Origin: a virus
Lineage: Duplodnaviria > Caudoviricetes
DNA: 64,000 nucleotides
Strand: one strand, 5' to 3'
Virus record (IMG/VR): IMGVR_UViG_3300028601_000031
Coordinates: 1-64,000 of that record
In this document: positions 63,489 to 64,000 of the stretch, in pieces
Layout: each line of letters starts with the position of its first letter
Numbering within the stretch: position 1 is the first letter of the stretch
Made by a program: the position numbers and the translations under genes
The notes under the pieces: generated by a model
The model's input: only the letters and a program-made list of their open reading frames with translations
Databases searched by the model: none
Told to the model about the DNA's origin: nothing

Positions 63489-64000
63489 TTACAAAGATCC
63501 AAATAATTCTTGACTAATTGATTTCCCGTTACTAACTCTTTTAATAGCCTTAGCTAACATTTCATCAATTGATAATACTTTTATTTTATTACTTAATCCA
63601 TGTTTAATTGGAATAGAATCAGTAACAATTAATTCTGTTAATTTAGAATTATTAATATTATTATAAGCGTTACCTGATAGTATAGGATGACAAATAAGAG
63701 CCCTTACTGATTTTGCACCAGATTCCATCAAAAGATCAGCAGCTCTTGAAATAGAACCACCGGAATCGATTATATCATCAATTAAAAAGACATCTTTATC
63801 TTGGACATCTCCAATAAGTTTCATAGTAGAAATAACACCAGGTTTTGATCTTTCTTTATGAATAACCACTAAATCTGTTTGTAATACATTAGAATAACGA
63901 CTTGCTCTTTTTGTTCCACCTACATCTGGCGTTGCAATAACCATATTATCAGTATCGAAGTTTTCTTTAATATATGGTATGAATACATAACTAGAACTTA
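63489..64000 (-). CDS. prs: Ribose-phosphate pyrophosphokinase, 5' part outside the window
   Basis: PDVGGTKRA, IGDV, IDDIIDSGGS, VTDSIP. Confidence 0.9.
   Translation of the reverse strand, partial: SSSYVFIPYIKENFDTDNMVIATPDVGGTKRASRYSNVLQTDLVVIHKERSKPGVISTMKLIGDVQDKDVFLIDDIIDSGGSISRAADLLMESGAKSVRALICHPILSGNAYNNINNSKLTELIVTDSIPIKHGLSNKIKVLSIDEMLAKAIKRVSNGKSISQELFGSL

Noticed and set aside
1-64000. Stop-codon reassignment as in some Bacteroidota megaphages
   Set aside because: Conserved genes (clpC, pncB, dnaJ, clpP) are full length in the standard code and coding density is high
1-64000. Bacterial chromosome or eukaryotic giant virus origin
   Set aside because: Host-like genes are scattered singly among many tiny ORFans with no housekeeping operons; bacterial promoters, terminators and a sigma factor argue against a eukaryotic virus. 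Phage origin remains an inference because no virion genes are in the window

Overview
Very AT-rich, gene-dense segment of a large (jumbo-type) tailed phage genome read in the standard code, with a Bacteroidota host inferred from about 16 TTTG-N19/20-TAnnTTTG promoters and A-rich, SD-less leaders. No capsid or terminase genes lie in the window. It holds accessory and host-takeover functions: NAD salvage (PncA, PncB, a MazG-NadD fusion, Prs), proteostasis (ClpC, ClpP, ClpS, DnaJ, MoxR/vWA), RNA repair enzymes, an ECF-like sigma factor, three Zn-ribbon-repeat endonucleases and a TnpB-only IS that splits a small membrane gene. Main observations: (1) many unrelated enzymes share a T4 capsid-targeting-like N-terminal leader and an AATATATA upstream motif, suggesting a virion-packaged effector set; (2) a promoter-driven ~155-nt RNA with three tRNA T-loop arms; (3) a shared C-terminal RxxK[IL]xx[IL] tag on 11 small proteins; (4) a deamidated (Preiss-Handler) NAD rebuilding route; (5) a third promoter class, AAAC-N18-TAnAAT. 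All product calls come from motif recognition by eye; no searches were run. Many small hypothetical ORFs are not listed individually.
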